Source: an uncultured Acidobacteriota bacterium
GTDB lineage: Bacteria > Acidobacteriota > Vicinamibacteria > Vicinamibacterales > UBA2999
Length of the DNA stretch: 64,000 bases
Direction of reading: 5' to 3'
NCBI GenBank assembly: GCA_963734095.1
Contig: CAVTGK010000010.1
Coordinates: 12,656-76,655, forward strand
Shown here: piece by piece, positions 9,956-22,116 of the stretch
How the letters are laid out: the number at the start of each line of letters is the position of its first letter
Position numbering within the stretch: position 1 is the first letter of the stretch
Made by a program: the position numbers and the translations under genes
Notes under the pieces: generated by a model
What the model saw: the letters and a program-made list of their open reading frames with translations, nothing else
Database searches by the model: none
Told to the model about the DNA's origin: nothing

Positions 9956-11831
9956 TATCCGACGTGAATCCGCGGACGCCGCTCCGGACGCGGCTCCGCC
10001 TGGCGTAAGACTTCACGCGCCACGGGCGCCGTGTCGCCCTCGCCAAACGCGAGGAACCGCAGCAAGATAGGTGATCGGGTTGCCCTCCGTCCACCCGAAA
10101 TACGCGTGAGGCGTCGCGCCGGTGCGATCGCGCAGGTCGAGCAGGATGGCGGCGATCGCGTTGGGTATCGCCGGACTCCTCGTCGACAGAATCTCGTAGG
10201 GCCCGACAATCGCGCGCCCTTGATGCAGCGCACCGGAAAACTCCGACGCGTCGCTCGGGTAAATTTCGAGAAACACGACCCGCGCCTCCGGCGGCAGATG
10301 GTGCGCCTCGCGCGCTTCCTTGAGCTTTGCGGTCGTACTCTCCGCCTCGAGGCCCGTGTCAGGCCGGTTCGCAATGATCCGCAGCGGCGTGCCCACTGCG
10401 CCGGGCCACCACTGCGTGCGGCCGGCTCGTCGTAGGTCACGCCCGTGCGCACGCAGCTCGGTCGACCGCATCACCCGCGATACCAGCGAGGTCGTGACCA
10501 TGGTGACGATGAACCAGATTGCGATCGTCAGCCCTTCCGGCCGTTCGATGATGTTGATCGACCGTCGCGTAGACGAACACCGCGATCACCACGCCAAACG
10601 CAACGCGCCGCCGAGGCGTCGAGATCGCCGCGGCGAACGCGACCGAGGTCATCAGGACCAGGACGCCAGTGGCGTAGGCACCGGCTTGCTCATCGACGTC
10701 CGCGTCGAAGAACCAGGATCGTGACCAGAGAACGCGATGCCGGTGATGATCAGCACCAGCGGGCGGCTGGCACGTGCCCATTCGGGCGCCATGCCGTAGC
10801 GCGGCAGGTAGCGCGGGATCAGGTTGAGGAGCCCGGCCATCGCCGATGCGCCGGCAAACCACAGGATGGTGATGGTCGACAGGTCGTAGACGGTACCGAA
10901 CACGTCGCCAAAGTCACGATGGGCGATGTAGGCCAGCGCGCGACCGTTCGCGGCGCCGCCGGCCTGGAAACTCAGGCGGCGGAATGAGCAGCGTGGTGAC
11001 GATGCTGCTGCCGACGAGCATCACGCTCATGATGAGGGCTGCGGTCAGGAGCAGCTTTTTCGTGTTGCGAATTCGGCTCGCCAAGCCGTTCTTCCGTCTG
11101 TCTCGCCCTCGCCCTTGACGAGCGGCATGACGGCCACACCGGTCTCGAACCCGGAGAGGCCCGAGCGCAAGCCGCGGGAACAGCCAGCAGCGCCGCCACG
11201 ATCGCCATGCAGTAGTTCGGCTCCTGCTGAAGCAGCCCGTCGCGCCAGTAGGCAACGTTTCGGGATGGGTCGACGATGTACAGAAGCCCGTTGCCGACGA
11301 CGACCGCGTTCAGTGATCAGGTAGACGACCACGATCATCACGGCGACCCAAACCGCTTCGCGCATGCCTCTGACGAAGACTGCGCCCAGTGCGGCGATCA
11401 GCGCGAAGGTGACGGCGACTGGGGTGCGGCGACCACGCCCGGGCGAAGGGGTTTTCCACGATGTGAGCGGTCGCGTCCGCGGCGGACAGCGTGATGGTGA
11501 TGACGAACGCCGTGGCGGCAAACCCAGCAGACACAACACCAGCGCCTTGCCGCGCCAGCGCGGCAGCTTCTCTTCGAGAACCGCAATGCTGCCCTTGCCC
11601 GTGCGGGCTGAGTTCGGCGATGCGCGCGTAGGCCGGTAGCGCGCCGAACAGCGTCACGAGCACCAGGATCAGCGTGGCAATCGGAGACAGAAAGCCAGCG
11701 GCCAGGAACGCGATGCCGGGCTGATAGCCCAGGGTGGAAAAGTAATCGACCCCAGTGAGGCACATCACCTGCCACCACGGGGCGGTGTGGTGGCGGCTTG
11801 CCAAGTGGTCCCGCAGGCTCCTCGAGTCCAT
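9955..11831 (-). CDS. polytopic membrane transporter, APC/amino-acid-permease-like, with soluble C-terminal domain; heavily frame-disrupted
   Basis: Hydrophobic fragments in several frames: [58 protein letters not shown]; [26 protein letters not shown]; [19 protein letters not shown]. The 3' end is either 9955 or 10013. Family assignment is tentative. Confidence 0.5.
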
Positions 11832-12022
11832 GGTACAGCCAGGTCAGGACATGCCCGCGAGGGCGGCGCCACGGAAATCACGTGCGCCGATGATAACGCC
11901 TGGGGGCGCCTCGTCGTCAAAGTCGTCGACCGGGAGGCTCAAAGACCGGCAGTGCTCCGACCGCGACATTAAGTGTGGTGTTACACCTTCGCCGGTAGTT
12001 AGCCGAGGCTCGACGACCGCTA

Positions 12023-13659
12023 CTATTTGAGCGCGGCGCGAGCCTCCTTCAGCTCAGGGAGCCCGGGGTCGGCGAGCCGCCAGTTGTTCAGGAACTGCTG
12101 AAAAGCGCGCCGGCTCTTCGCCGTCTCCCCCGCCTTTGCCGCCGCGCGAGCGAGACCGAGCACGGCGCGGCTCCGGTTGGGAGTGCGCGCCAGCGTACGC
12201 TCGAACCAGATCACGGCCTCCTTGGGCGCGTCCCGCCTGCAGCAGCAGCTCGCCGTACAGCTCGTCGGCGCCCTTGACCGGATACGGCCGCCCGATCGGC
12301 TTCGGCATGCGCGCCTGGGGCGCACGTCGCGCGCTCCATCGCCGGCAAACGCCTCCTCCGGCCGCCCGCCCGCCATCGCATGAGCGCGCCGCAGCTCATT
12401 CGACCATCACCGCTGCCTGCTCGCGCAGCCCGGCGTCCGGCCCTGGCCGCGTCCGCCTTCTGCAGCAGCTCGCAGCGCCGCGTCGGCCGGGCGAGGTCGC
12501 CGAGCTTGACCGCGCTCATGCCCAAGCGCGAAGAGCTCGTCGATGTTGTCGAACGACTCTGCCCTTTCATCTCGCTCCAGCGCTCGCTTTCGATCACGTA
12601 GCGCGCGCGCATCGATCCGCGGTCGTTGCGCAGCGCCATCGGGCCGCTGCCCCGCCCGATCTCGCTGTCGCGCGTAGTGGTGGCCGCCCGACTTGCTCCG
12701 CCGCTGTCCACGACCTTCATCGCCTGCATCGACCTGCCTGCAGCGCCTCGCGCGGCTTTGTCGAACCGCCCCTGCTGCGTCCACTCGTAGTGCAGCCACG
12801 ACAGGCTGTGAAAGTCGCGCAGCGCGACCGACAGCCCTCTGCGCGCCGCCCAGGCGATCGACGCGTCCCAGGACGCCTGGTCGGTCGCGGCGGCCTCGTC
12901 CCACAGGCCCAAGCTGCACGAACGCGTGCGCCGGCATGTGGAGCGCGTGGCTCGCGGCGGGCGCGATCTTCGCGTAGGCGCGGGCCGCGGGCAGCGCTCG
13001 TGCGCGCGAGCGTGCGCGTGATCGTAGGCGTGCAGGATGTAGTGCGCGCGCGCCGGGATGCTGCGGATTGCGCTTCGAACACGCCTTCGGCGATCGCGCC
13101 GGCCTTCTCGCGCAGCGGCAGCGCCTCATCGCCCCGCGGCAGACGTCGCCAGCAGCGACAGCGCATGGAACGCCTGCGCCTCGTCGTCTTGCGGGAACTT
13201 CGCCGCCAGCGCGCCATCGCATCGGCAGTACGCCTTGTCGCGCGCAGGCTTGTGCTCCCGCTGCCGTACAGCGCCTCGACCGCCGCCAGGTACATCTGCT
13301 CGCGCGGCGTCACCGCCTTCGCGGCGCGCGCCTGCGGGCGTCGGCCCAAGCTTGGCCAAGCGCCGCGCGCGCCTTGTCGGGCTCTTCGTGAAACCAGAGC
13401 GGCTGATTGAAGCACATCGCCTCGCCCCAATACGCCAGGGCAAAGCCTGGGATCGATCTGTCTGCGCCGCGCGAAACGCGTCGATCGCTTCTTCGTAGCC
13501 GAAGCTGTGCAGCCACGCCACGCCGCGCATGAAGTCCGCCTGCGCCGCCGGCGCGCCGGAGTTGGGAAACGCGATCGGTGCCAAGCGGCGCGCGCGGCTG
13601 CGCCGAGCAAGCTGCGGCGCTCGCCAGCAGCAGGACGAGCGGTCAGCGAGCCGAAACAT
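12023..13659 (-). CDS. TPR-like secreted protein of unknown function; heavily frame-disrupted
   Basis: Fragments: APIAFPNSGAPAAQADFMRGVAWLHSFGYEEAIDAFRAAQ, FALAYWGEAMCFNQPLWF, AKIAPAASHALHMPAHAFVQLG, DFHSLSWLHYEWTQQGRFDKA. C-terminus is EAVIWFERTLARTPNRSRAVLGLARAAAKAGETAKSRRAFQQFLNNW. Confidence 0.5.
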
Positions 13660-13671
13660 CGAACGGCAGCG

Positions 13672-13708
13672 TAGCAACAAACAAAGGGCGCTCCGTGAGG
13701 AGCGCCCT
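13672..13708 (-). terminator. intrinsic terminator downstream of the TonB-dependent receptor gene
   Basis: On the minus strand, AGGGCGCTCC-tcac-GGAGCGCCCT (13685-13708) is followed by TTTGTTTGTT. Lies about 90 nt after stop 13798. Confidence 0.55.
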
Positions 13709-13797
13709 ATTCCGTGCCGGCGAAGCCGGTCCTGCCGAGCGGCTTCGATAGCCGTCCGAGGTCCGTGCCCCGCGCGCCAGTCGCGCCGTGCTCCGGT

Positions 13798-16700
13798 TTA
13801 GAACGTCAACCGGAACATCAACTGCGTCAGCCGCATGAACCCCGACTGCACGCGGATCTGGCCGAACGTGGCGCTGCCAACGTGCGTGATCGGCCCGCGG
13901 ACCTTGACGGTGTTGGTGATGTTCAGCACTTCGAGTCTGATCTGGCCGCGCATGCTGCCGCCAAGTCGCAGGTCCTTGCCCGCCACGAAGTCCCAGTTGT
14001 TGCGGTGCGGCGTGCGGACGTCTCGGATCAGTTCTGCGGCACCGTGCCAAGCGTGAACAGGCCGGGGTTGGCGTAGGCCGTGCTGCGTGATCCAGATGTC
14101 TTGGATGCGCTCATCGCGTGCGGCCGTCCGGTTTCGGGGTCGCCAGTGCCCGGGTTGCACGCGCTGCATCGCGCGCAGAAGGCACTCGACAGTCGTTCGA
14201 ATTCATCGAGAGCGACATCGGGAAGCCGCTCTCGAACGAGATGATCGACGAAATCGTCCAGTCGCCGAGGATCGGCCGCGGCCGACGCCGCTCTGCGCCC
14301 ACCGCTTGCCCTGCGCCGAACGGCAGCTCGAAGATCGGGCGAGAACACGATCTTGTGCGGCACGTCGAGGATGCCGACGCGCGTACTCCGCCTCGAGATC
14401 GTAGGCGTTCTGCGCGTTGCCGTTGTTGCCGGGAGAAGAAGTTGCCCTCGCCGAACTGGTTGTCCTCAGCCGGCTGTAGGTGTAGTTGATGCGCCCGCCC
14501 CAGCCATTGGTCACGCGCTTCTCGAACTTGAAGATCGCCGCGTGATACTGGTTCTTGCCCAGCGTGACCTGCCGCATCAGGATGTTGCCGAACTGCGGGA
14601 ACGGCCGCAGCAACTGCGCGCGCGCGACGGTCGGGCTGGTGACGTTGAAGCCCTGCCCGGCCGGCAGACCGAAGAACGGATTCGGCACCTGATCGTTCAG
14701 CGCCGTTCCGAGCGCCAGGTGCCGCGGATCGACCTGGTTGATGTTGATGGTGCCGTCGTTCGATGCCGCCGAGGCCGAGGTCGCGGCCGGTCGCGCCGGC
14801 ATACTCGAAGCCGACGGCGATGTTGCCCGGCAGCTCGCGGTTGAGGTCGACCGAGTACTGTGCACGTACGGCGCGCTCCTTGTCCTGATCGATGAAGTCG
14901 ATCTGGCCGCCGACGCCGGTCAGCGCGCCGCAGCGCGTTGCCGACCGGCTGCAGCAGGCCGCTCGGGAACGGGTTGCTCAGCGTGACCGTCGGCCGGAAC
15001 TGGCCCTGCTGGATGAGCGTCACCTGGCTGGAGCCGATCTGGCCGTAGTTGGTGGTGTCCGGCGCCTGGTAGTTCCACGGCGCCCAGTAGATCCCGTAGC
15101 CGCCGCGGAGCACGGTCTTCGGGTTGAACGAGTAGACGAGGCCCAGCCGCGGCGACACCTTGAGCGCCGGCGGATCGCCCTGGTACCGTTGGCGCCGTTC
15201 TGCGCCGGCATACACGAGCCCGCCGCGTACAGGCTGGCCGTTCGACGACGACGTTGCCGAGCGCGCCGCCGGAGGCGTCAGCGTGCGATCGAAGGCGACG
15301 GTGATGCCGTCGTCTCTTCTCGCGCAAGCCCGGCCTCGTGCTCGAGGCGGAGGCCGTAGTTGAGCGTGAGCTTCGGGTTCGACGCGGAAGTCGTCCTGCG
15401 CGTAGACGCCGTAGTAGTTCGTGAACAGCTTGAGCGGCGTCGACACGCCGACGCGTGCTCGTCTGCCGGATCGCCCGAGGGATAGCCGAGCAGGAAGCTC
15501 GCGAAGGCGTTGCCCGACGTGGCGCTGTCCCGTTGCGCGTCGGGTTCGACGACGTGAAGCAGCGGTCGAAGCGGAAATCGCCGGCGCCGTCTGCGAACGA
15601 CTGGAAGTCGAGCCCGATCAGGCGGTAGTCGACGCCGAACTTCAGCGTGTGGCGGCCGAGCAGCTTCGACAGCGCGCCGTTGGCGCCCCACGAGTGCCAG
15701 TTGATGTTCACTGGGTCGATCGCGCCGGCCATGCGCGCCGAAGTCCGCGCTGTCGTAGTCGGTGACGCGGACCTGCGGGAACTTGTCGACCTGGATCGGG
15801 CTGAGGAAATCGGCGGGAAGCCGAGCGTCCGCCGGATCGAAATCGGCGACAGCGTGTTGTCGTCGATGAACTGGTGAAGCCGTAGCGCAGCGTCAGACCG
15901 TGTTGTTGCTCGGAAGCCACGTGTTGTTCAGCGCCAGCACGTTGCACGCGGCGCTGCAGGATGTAGTCGCCCGGATCGGCGAACCGGTTGGCGCCGGTCA
16001 GACCCGGCTCCCAGTAGTTGGCGCACGGCTCGTCGGTCTTGTTGTACAGGTAGAGCCCGGTCAGCGAGACCGCGTCGCTGAACCGGTGATCGACCTTGCC
16101 GGTGTACATGTAGCGCGCGGTCGTTGATCTCGCGCGGTGCGGTGAAGTTGGCGCTGCCGTTGCTCACGTCGCTGGTCCGGCGTCGGCAGGTAGCTGGTGA
16201 TCGCCGCGCGCCACCGGATTGATCCGGCTGGCCGGGATGACGTTGCCCGGGAACGGCGTGCGGCCCGTTCCGGTGGCGGATCGCCCGTCAGCGGGTCGTA
16301 GATGACGACGAGATGGCCGGCGCTGTCGAAGCTCTGCGAGAAATCGCCGTCGCCGCTCGCGGCTGGTCGGGAAGCGCAGGTCGCCGTTGCGCGTCGTGTT
16401 CGATCCGTAGCCTTCGAACGCGAACCAGAAGAACGTGCGGTTGTTGAATGATCGGGCCCGCCGAAGCCGCCGCCGCCCAGGTGGAAGTAGGTATCGGGCT
16501 TGGGCTACGCCGGCAGCTCGGAGAAGAAGTTGTTGGCGCGCGCCCCACTTCGGCCGGTTCTGATAGAAGCCGCTGCCGCGCCATCGTTGGTGCCCGACTT
16601 GGTGGCCACGTTGAACGTGCCGCCGCCGGTGCGCCCGGTCTCGGCGTCGTAGGTGTGGACCTGCACGTTGACGTCTTCGAGCGCCTCGATCGATCGGGTT

Positions 16701-17347
16701 CGCCGACGCGCGGTTGCGCATGTCGGTGATCGGCACGCCGTCAACCAGGTAGTTGTTGCCGCGGCGCGTGCCGCCGCCGAGCGACAGCAGCGACGCGTTG
16801 GTCTGATCCTGCTGGCGGTTGAACTGCGCGTCGCCCGAGGCGACGACCGTCGGCACCGTGACGGCGAAGAGGAACGCGGCGCGGCCGGCGCTCGGCAGCG
16901 TCTCGAGCTGCCGTGAGTCGATGACTGCGCCGGTCGACGCGTTGGAGGTATCGATCAGCGGCGACTGCCCGGTGACCGTGATGGTTTCCTGGAGCTGGCC
17001 GACCTCGAGGTGGATGTCGATGGTGATGAACTGCTGGGCGCCGATGCGGACCGCCTTGTTCTCGTAGGTCTTGAAGCCCGTGAGACGTGGCCTTGACCGT
17101 GTAGGTCCCGGGCGGCACGGCGGCGAAGTTGTACTCGCCCTGACTCGTTCGAGACCGCCTCGCGGGTCTGGTTCGTGCCTTCGTTGACTATTTGCACCGT
17201 GACGCCAGGGATGACGCCATTGGCGTCTCTGACGGCGCCGCGAAGACCGCCGGTAAACGACTGTGCCGCTGCGCTTCCGGCAATCGCCATCGCCAGGACC
17301 ATGATGCCCAACGTCCTGACGACTTTCATGGACTTCAGACTCCTCAT
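13798..17347 (-). CDS. TonB-dependent receptor with N-terminal carboxypeptidase-regulatory-like domain; heavily frame-disrupted (>=10 shifts)
   Basis: N-terminus MRSLKSMKVVRTLGIMVLAMAIAGSAAAQSFTGGLRGAVRDANGVIPGVTVQIVNEGTNQTREAVSNESG. Plug motifs NASTGAVIDSRQLETLP, NYLVDGVPITD. C-terminus ...QSGFMRLTQLMFRLTF, with the terminal aromatic residue typical of outer-membrane barrels. Confidence 0.8.
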
Positions 17348-17510
17348 ACTCGCTCCTCCACAAACAGGCCGGCTAAAGCTCGGGCGCCTCGGACTTTTCC
17401 CGCCGGAACCACTCCCGCCGCGTAGCCGCGGCTATCTGAGCGGACACACTTCAAAGCTGAAAAAACGCAAAGGGTTTCGCGGAGTCTACGGCAGAGGCAC
17501 TGTAAACACA

Positions 17511-17674
17511 AGGTGTCTGGGTGCCTAAAGTGCCTGGAGTGCCTGGGTGCTGGTGCTATGGAGCCGGCCTGCGTCAATATGCTGGGACGAAGTGACTCAT
17601 CTGGATCCGGCACTCGCACCAGGCACCAGTCAGGCACCCCAGACGCACCTAGGCACCTCGGCACTCTAGGCACC
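17511..17674. repeat. foldback palindrome, GTGCCTGG / CCAGGCAC units, in a divergent promoter region
   Basis: Left arm GGTGTCTGGGTGCCTAAAGTGCCTGGAGTGCCTGGGTGCTGGTGC. Right arm GCACCAGGCACCAGTCAGGCACCCCAGACGCACCTAGGCACCTCGGCACTCTAGGCACC. Lies between starts 17347(-) and 17718(+). Confidence 0.85.
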
Positions 17675-17717
17675 TTGCGCAGCTAATGCTACTATTCGCG
17701 AAATTCCAGGGGGTTCC

Positions 17718-18341
17718 ATGGACGACCAGGGGATGGTGGAAGGCGGCCATTCGCGGCGCACCTTTATCAAAGGTGTGATCGCGGCGGGCGCCACGGTATC
17801 GACATCGGCTTACCTGTTCCGCACGACGATCCTCGGGCAGAACGAATCGTCGCTCCCAGGATCGGTCGAACGGCTCATCACGCTGGACGTCAACGGCCAG
17901 CAGCGTCGCGTCGATGTGCTCAAGCACGAGACGCTCGCGACGACGCTTCGGTACAAGCTCGGATTGACCGGCACCAAGTTGGGCTGCGATCGATCGGAGT
18001 GCGGCGCGTGCACCGTGCTCATCGACGATGTGCCCCACTATTCGTGCTCGATTCTGACCCACGCCGTGCGCGGTCGAAAGGTCCAGACGGTCGAGGGCCT
18101 GGCGAGTCCGGACGGCAAACTGAGCCCGGTCCAGCAGGCCGTGGTCGACGGCCAGGGTTTCCAGTGCGCGTTCTGCATGACGGGGTTCATCATGGCGACC
18201 ACTGGGTTTCTGAAGACCAATCCCAATCCGACGCGCGCGGAACTGGCACACGGCATTTCCGGCAATCTGTGCCGCTGCGCTGACTACAACAAGATCCTCG
18301 ACTGCATGATGAACGCCGCAGAGCTGGCGAGGAGGGCGTGA
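17718..18341 (+). CDS. (2Fe-2S)-binding small subunit of xanthine-dehydrogenase-family Mo hydroxylase, Tat signal (PaoA-like)
   Basis: Intact 207-aa ORF. RRTFIKGVIAAGA Tat leader. CDRSECGACTV, CAFCMTGFIM and NLCRCADYNKI cluster motifs. Confidence 0.9.
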   Translation: MDDQGMVEGGHSRRTFIKGVIAAGATVSTSAYLFRTTILGQNESSLPGSVERLITLDVNGQQRRVDVLKHETLATTLRYKLGLTGTKLGCDRSECGACTVLIDDVPHYSCSILTHAVRGRKVQTVEGLASPDGKLSPVQQAVVDGQGFQCAFCMTGFIMATTGFLKTNPNPTRAELAHGISGNLCRCADYNKILDCMMNAAELARRA

Positions 18342-21092
18342 TGGCAGACCAGACACCGCAGCGCACCGCACCTGCCGCACCGAGCGCACCCGGCGCACCT
18401 GCCGCACCCGCGACAGGTCAGGCACCCGCGGCACAAGCGGCACCCGGGGCGAAACCTTCGTTTCCACCCGTTGACCCGAGCAAGTTCAAACTGATCGGTC
18501 ACAACTACCAGACGCCCGATCTGGTCGCGAAGGTCACCGGCAAGGCCAAGTACGCCGAAGACTTCCGCGCCGACGGCATGCTGTTCGCCAAGCTGATGCT
18601 CAGTCCGCGGCCGCACGCGCGAGTCGTCAACATCGATGCGAGTCGCGCGCTGGCGATGCCAGGTGTGCACGCGATTCTGACCGCGGACGATCTGCCGCCA
18701 CCACCCGCCCCGCCAGGACAGGGTGCACCAGCGTGCCGCGGCTGCAGGTGGCGCTGCGACGCTCCGGCCGGCGGGAATGCACCGGCTGGTGCTCCGGCCG
18801 CGCCGCCAACGGGCCCCGGTGCAGCCGGCGCCCCGGGAACGCCGCCCACCGCCGCCGCCGTTCCGCCCGCGCAACAGCAGCCGCAGACGCCGCCCATTCC
18901 AGCGGAGTTCTGCCTGGCGAAAGAGGCGCTCTACGAAGGCGAGCCGATTCTCGCGGTCGCCGCGGACAGCGAAGAACTGGCGGCCGCCGCCATCGAAGCG
19001 ATTCGAGTCGACTTCGAACCGCTGCCGTTCGTGATCGATCCGCTCGATGGCCTCAAGCCGGGCAGCCCGAATGGACGAACCGAAGGCAACGTGTTCGTGG
19101 GCGGCGAGGTCAAGACGATCAAGTGGACGCAGGCACACTTCGATCAACTCGCTGCCGGTAAGTGGCCCACTGATGCGGAGGCTGGCGAAACCACGGTGTG
19201 GGGCGATGTCGACGCCGGCTTCAAGGAAGCGGACCTCATCGTCGAAGACGTTTCGTATCAGCAGGACACGGTCCATCAGCCGCTCGAATCGCGCACGGCG
19301 ATGGCGTACTGGCAGAACGGCAAACTGTATCTGCACGGCTCGACGCAGAGCCTGTCGCGAACCGTCGCGACGGTCGCCGGCTGGGTCGGCGTTCCGCAGC
19401 GCGGACGTGGTGATCATCAGCGAATACTGCGGCGGTGGTTTTGGCAGCAAGATTCCGGGCTCGCAGACGATGGCGATTCCGGCGCTGCTGTCGAAGAAGC
19501 TGAATGGCCGCCCGGTGATGATGCGCATCTCGCGCGAAGAAGAAACCTACATCGGACGCAAGCGCCCCGGCTTCCAGGCGTGGGCGAAGATGGGGTTCAA
19601 GAAGGATGGTCGGGTCACGGCCATCGACTCGTTCATCATCGAGAGCAGCGGGCCGTACCGTCGTCAAGGCGACAACGGTCAGGCGGCGAACCTCGCGACC
19701 CTGCTCTACACAGCGCCGAACGCGCGCTTCCGAGGAATCTCGGTGGCGACCAACACGCCGCCCGGCGTCTCGCAGCGCGCACCTGGTGGACTTCAGAGCT
19801 CGATTCTGTTCGAGCCGCTTGTCGCACGCGCGGCCAAGGAGCTCGGAGTGGATCAGGTCGCGATTCGCAAGATCAACGCGCCCGTCAATGGCACGCAGTT
19901 CGGGCTGAACCCGCCGGCACAGGCGAATCGCCCGCGAGGCAAAATCACGAGCTCGTATGTCAAGGAGGCACTCGACCGCGGCGCCGAGCTGTTCAACTGG
20001 GAAGAGCGAAAGAAGCGCAGTGGCCAGCGACGCGGCACGAAGGTGACGGGCGTCGGCGTCAGCACGAGTACCTTCGTCGGGGGCTCAATCGGAGTCGATG
20101 GACTGCTCACGATTCGACCCGACGGCAAGATGTACATCCATCAAGGCGTCGGCAATCTCGGCACCTTCTCGGTGGCCGACACCGCGCGTGTGTGTGCCGA
20201 GGTGCTCGACTTCCCTTGGGAGAACGTCGTGGTGGCCTGGGGTAACACCGGCAACCACGTGGCGTGGAGCTCTATTCAAGCGGGCAGTCAGACGACCCAT
20301 GCACACACCCGGGCGAACTTCGCCTCGGGCTCTGACGCGAAGCGGAAACTCCAGGAACTCGCCGCGCTCGAGCTCGGTGGGAACGCGGATGCTTATCGCG
20401 TCGGCGGCGCAGGAGTCGCCGGGCCGGGCGGTCGATTGACCTGGGCGCAAGCCGCCGAACGCGCGATCAAACGCGGCGGCAAGTTCGACGGACACGAGCT
20501 GCCCGGCGATATCAACGCGATGACGAAGACCTCGGGCGCGGCGCTGGCCGGCCTCGGGTTGATGGGGGTCGCACGCGACAACTATCCGCGCGATGGCTCG
20601 ACCTATTCGTTTGTCGCCGGCTTTGCCGAAGTCGAAGTGGACGTCGAGACCGGCGTCTACACCATCGTGGACTACCTGGCGGTCGCGGATGTGGGCACGG
20701 TGCTGCACCCGCGAAGTCTGGGCGGGCAGATCCTCGGTGGCGCCATCCAAGGCATGTCGCACACGCGCAGCCAGAAGCTGATCTACGACACGCACTACGG
20801 CGTGGCCATCGGCAAGCGCATGTATCACAACAAACCTCCAACCATGCTCGACATTCCGATCAACGCGCGGTGGGAGGCGGTCAACATTCCGGATCCGGGA
20901 AACCCGGTCGTCGGCGCCAAGGGTGTCGGGGAACCCGCCGTCGGGAATGGCGGTGCCTCCGTACTGTGCGCGCTGGCCGATGCGGTCGGATACGACATCA
21001 TCCGCCGCACGCCGGTGCAGCCGGAGCAGGTGATGGCAGTGGTAACCAAGGACCCGCGGTTCCGCGTCGAACCGTTAACGGCGTACATCTAG
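18341..21092 (+). CDS. molybdopterin-binding large subunit of xanthine-dehydrogenase-family hydroxylase (PaoC-like); >=1 frame shift near 19395
   Basis: ATG at 18341 overlaps the upstream TGA (TGATG). The 18338-20245 frame joins the 19047-21092 frame: DLVAKVTGKAKYAEDF, VHQPLESRTAMAYW, YCGGGFGSKI, SQRAPGGLQS, GVGEPAVGNGGASVLCALADAVG. Carries Pro/Ala-rich low-complexity N-terminus and insert. Confidence 0.85.
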
Positions 21093-21106
21093 GAAAGGAA
21101 CACACA

Positions 21107-22116
21107 ATGCCTGTCATTCGCGACGTGATGCCGGCGTTCGAGTTGTTCCAGCCAACCTCGATCGCCGATACGGTCGGCCTCCTGACTCGCCACGACAACG
21201 CGTGGCTGATGGCTGGAGGGCTGGACAGCTTCGACTGGTGGAAGGATCGGATCAGGCGGCCCGCAGTGGTCATCGATCTCGGCACCGTCGCCGAGCTGCG
21301 CGGCATCAAGGAAGTCAACGGCGGGGTCGAGATCGCCGCGAATACCAGCCTGACTGAAATCTCCCGCCATCAGGTGGTGCGCGACAAGTTCGGCCTGCTC
21401 GCGCAGGCGGCGGGGCATCGTCGCCTCGCCGCAGATTCGCAACCAGGGCTCGATTGGCGGCAACGTGAGCCAGGACACGCGGTGTCACTATTACCGCGCC
21501 GGCTGGCCCTGTTACCGCGCCGGGCGGCAACATCTGCTACGCCGACACGCCAACCGCGGTCAATCGCGAGCATGCGATTCTCGAGGCCGATCGCTGTGTG
21601 GCGGTGAGCCCGTCTGACACCGCGCCGGCGCTGATTGCGCTCGATGCCCAGATGGTCGTGCGCAACTCGAGCGGTGAGCGTCTGATCGCGGCGCAGGACT
21701 TTTTCATCGGCCCGTGGCGCGACATCACGCGGATGACCGCGCTCGGCCCACGCGACCTGCTGACCGCTATTCGCGTTCCCAGCACCTTCGCGGGCAAGAC
21801 GTTCTACTTCGAGAAGGTCCGCGACCGCCAGGTGTGGGACTTCCCACTCGTCAACATCGCCTCGGCGATGTCCACCAGCGGCACGACCATCAGCGACTCC
21901 CGACTGGTCGTTGGTGGCGTCTCGGCCAGACCGCTGCGCCTGGTCGATGTCGAGAACGCGATCCGTGGCCGCGCCCGCAACGAAGAGACGGCTCGGATGG
22001 CGGCCGAGATCGCTACTCGTGGATCGGTGACGCTGCGGCACAACGCCTACAAGGTCCCGCTCATGCAGAACCTCGTCAAGCGCGCCATCAGAGGAGAGGG
22101 TGAATGGACTTCGTAA
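21107..22116 (+). CDS. FAD-binding subunit (xanthine dehydrogenase family subunit M / PaoB-like); 2 frame shifts (about 21425, about 21520)
   Basis: RBS-like AGGAAAGGAA precedes ATG 21107. MPVIRDVMPAFELFQPTSIADTV..., QIRNQGSIGGNVSQ, DTAPALIALDAQMVV, FEKVRDRQVWDFPLVNIA. Confidence 0.85.

Noticed and set aside
11832-12022. 190-nt spacer without a foldback element. Checked for tRNA or small RNA features.
   Set aside because: No cloverleaf-type conserved segments or strong hairpins seen by eye. A small ncRNA cannot be excluded without a covariance-model scan.
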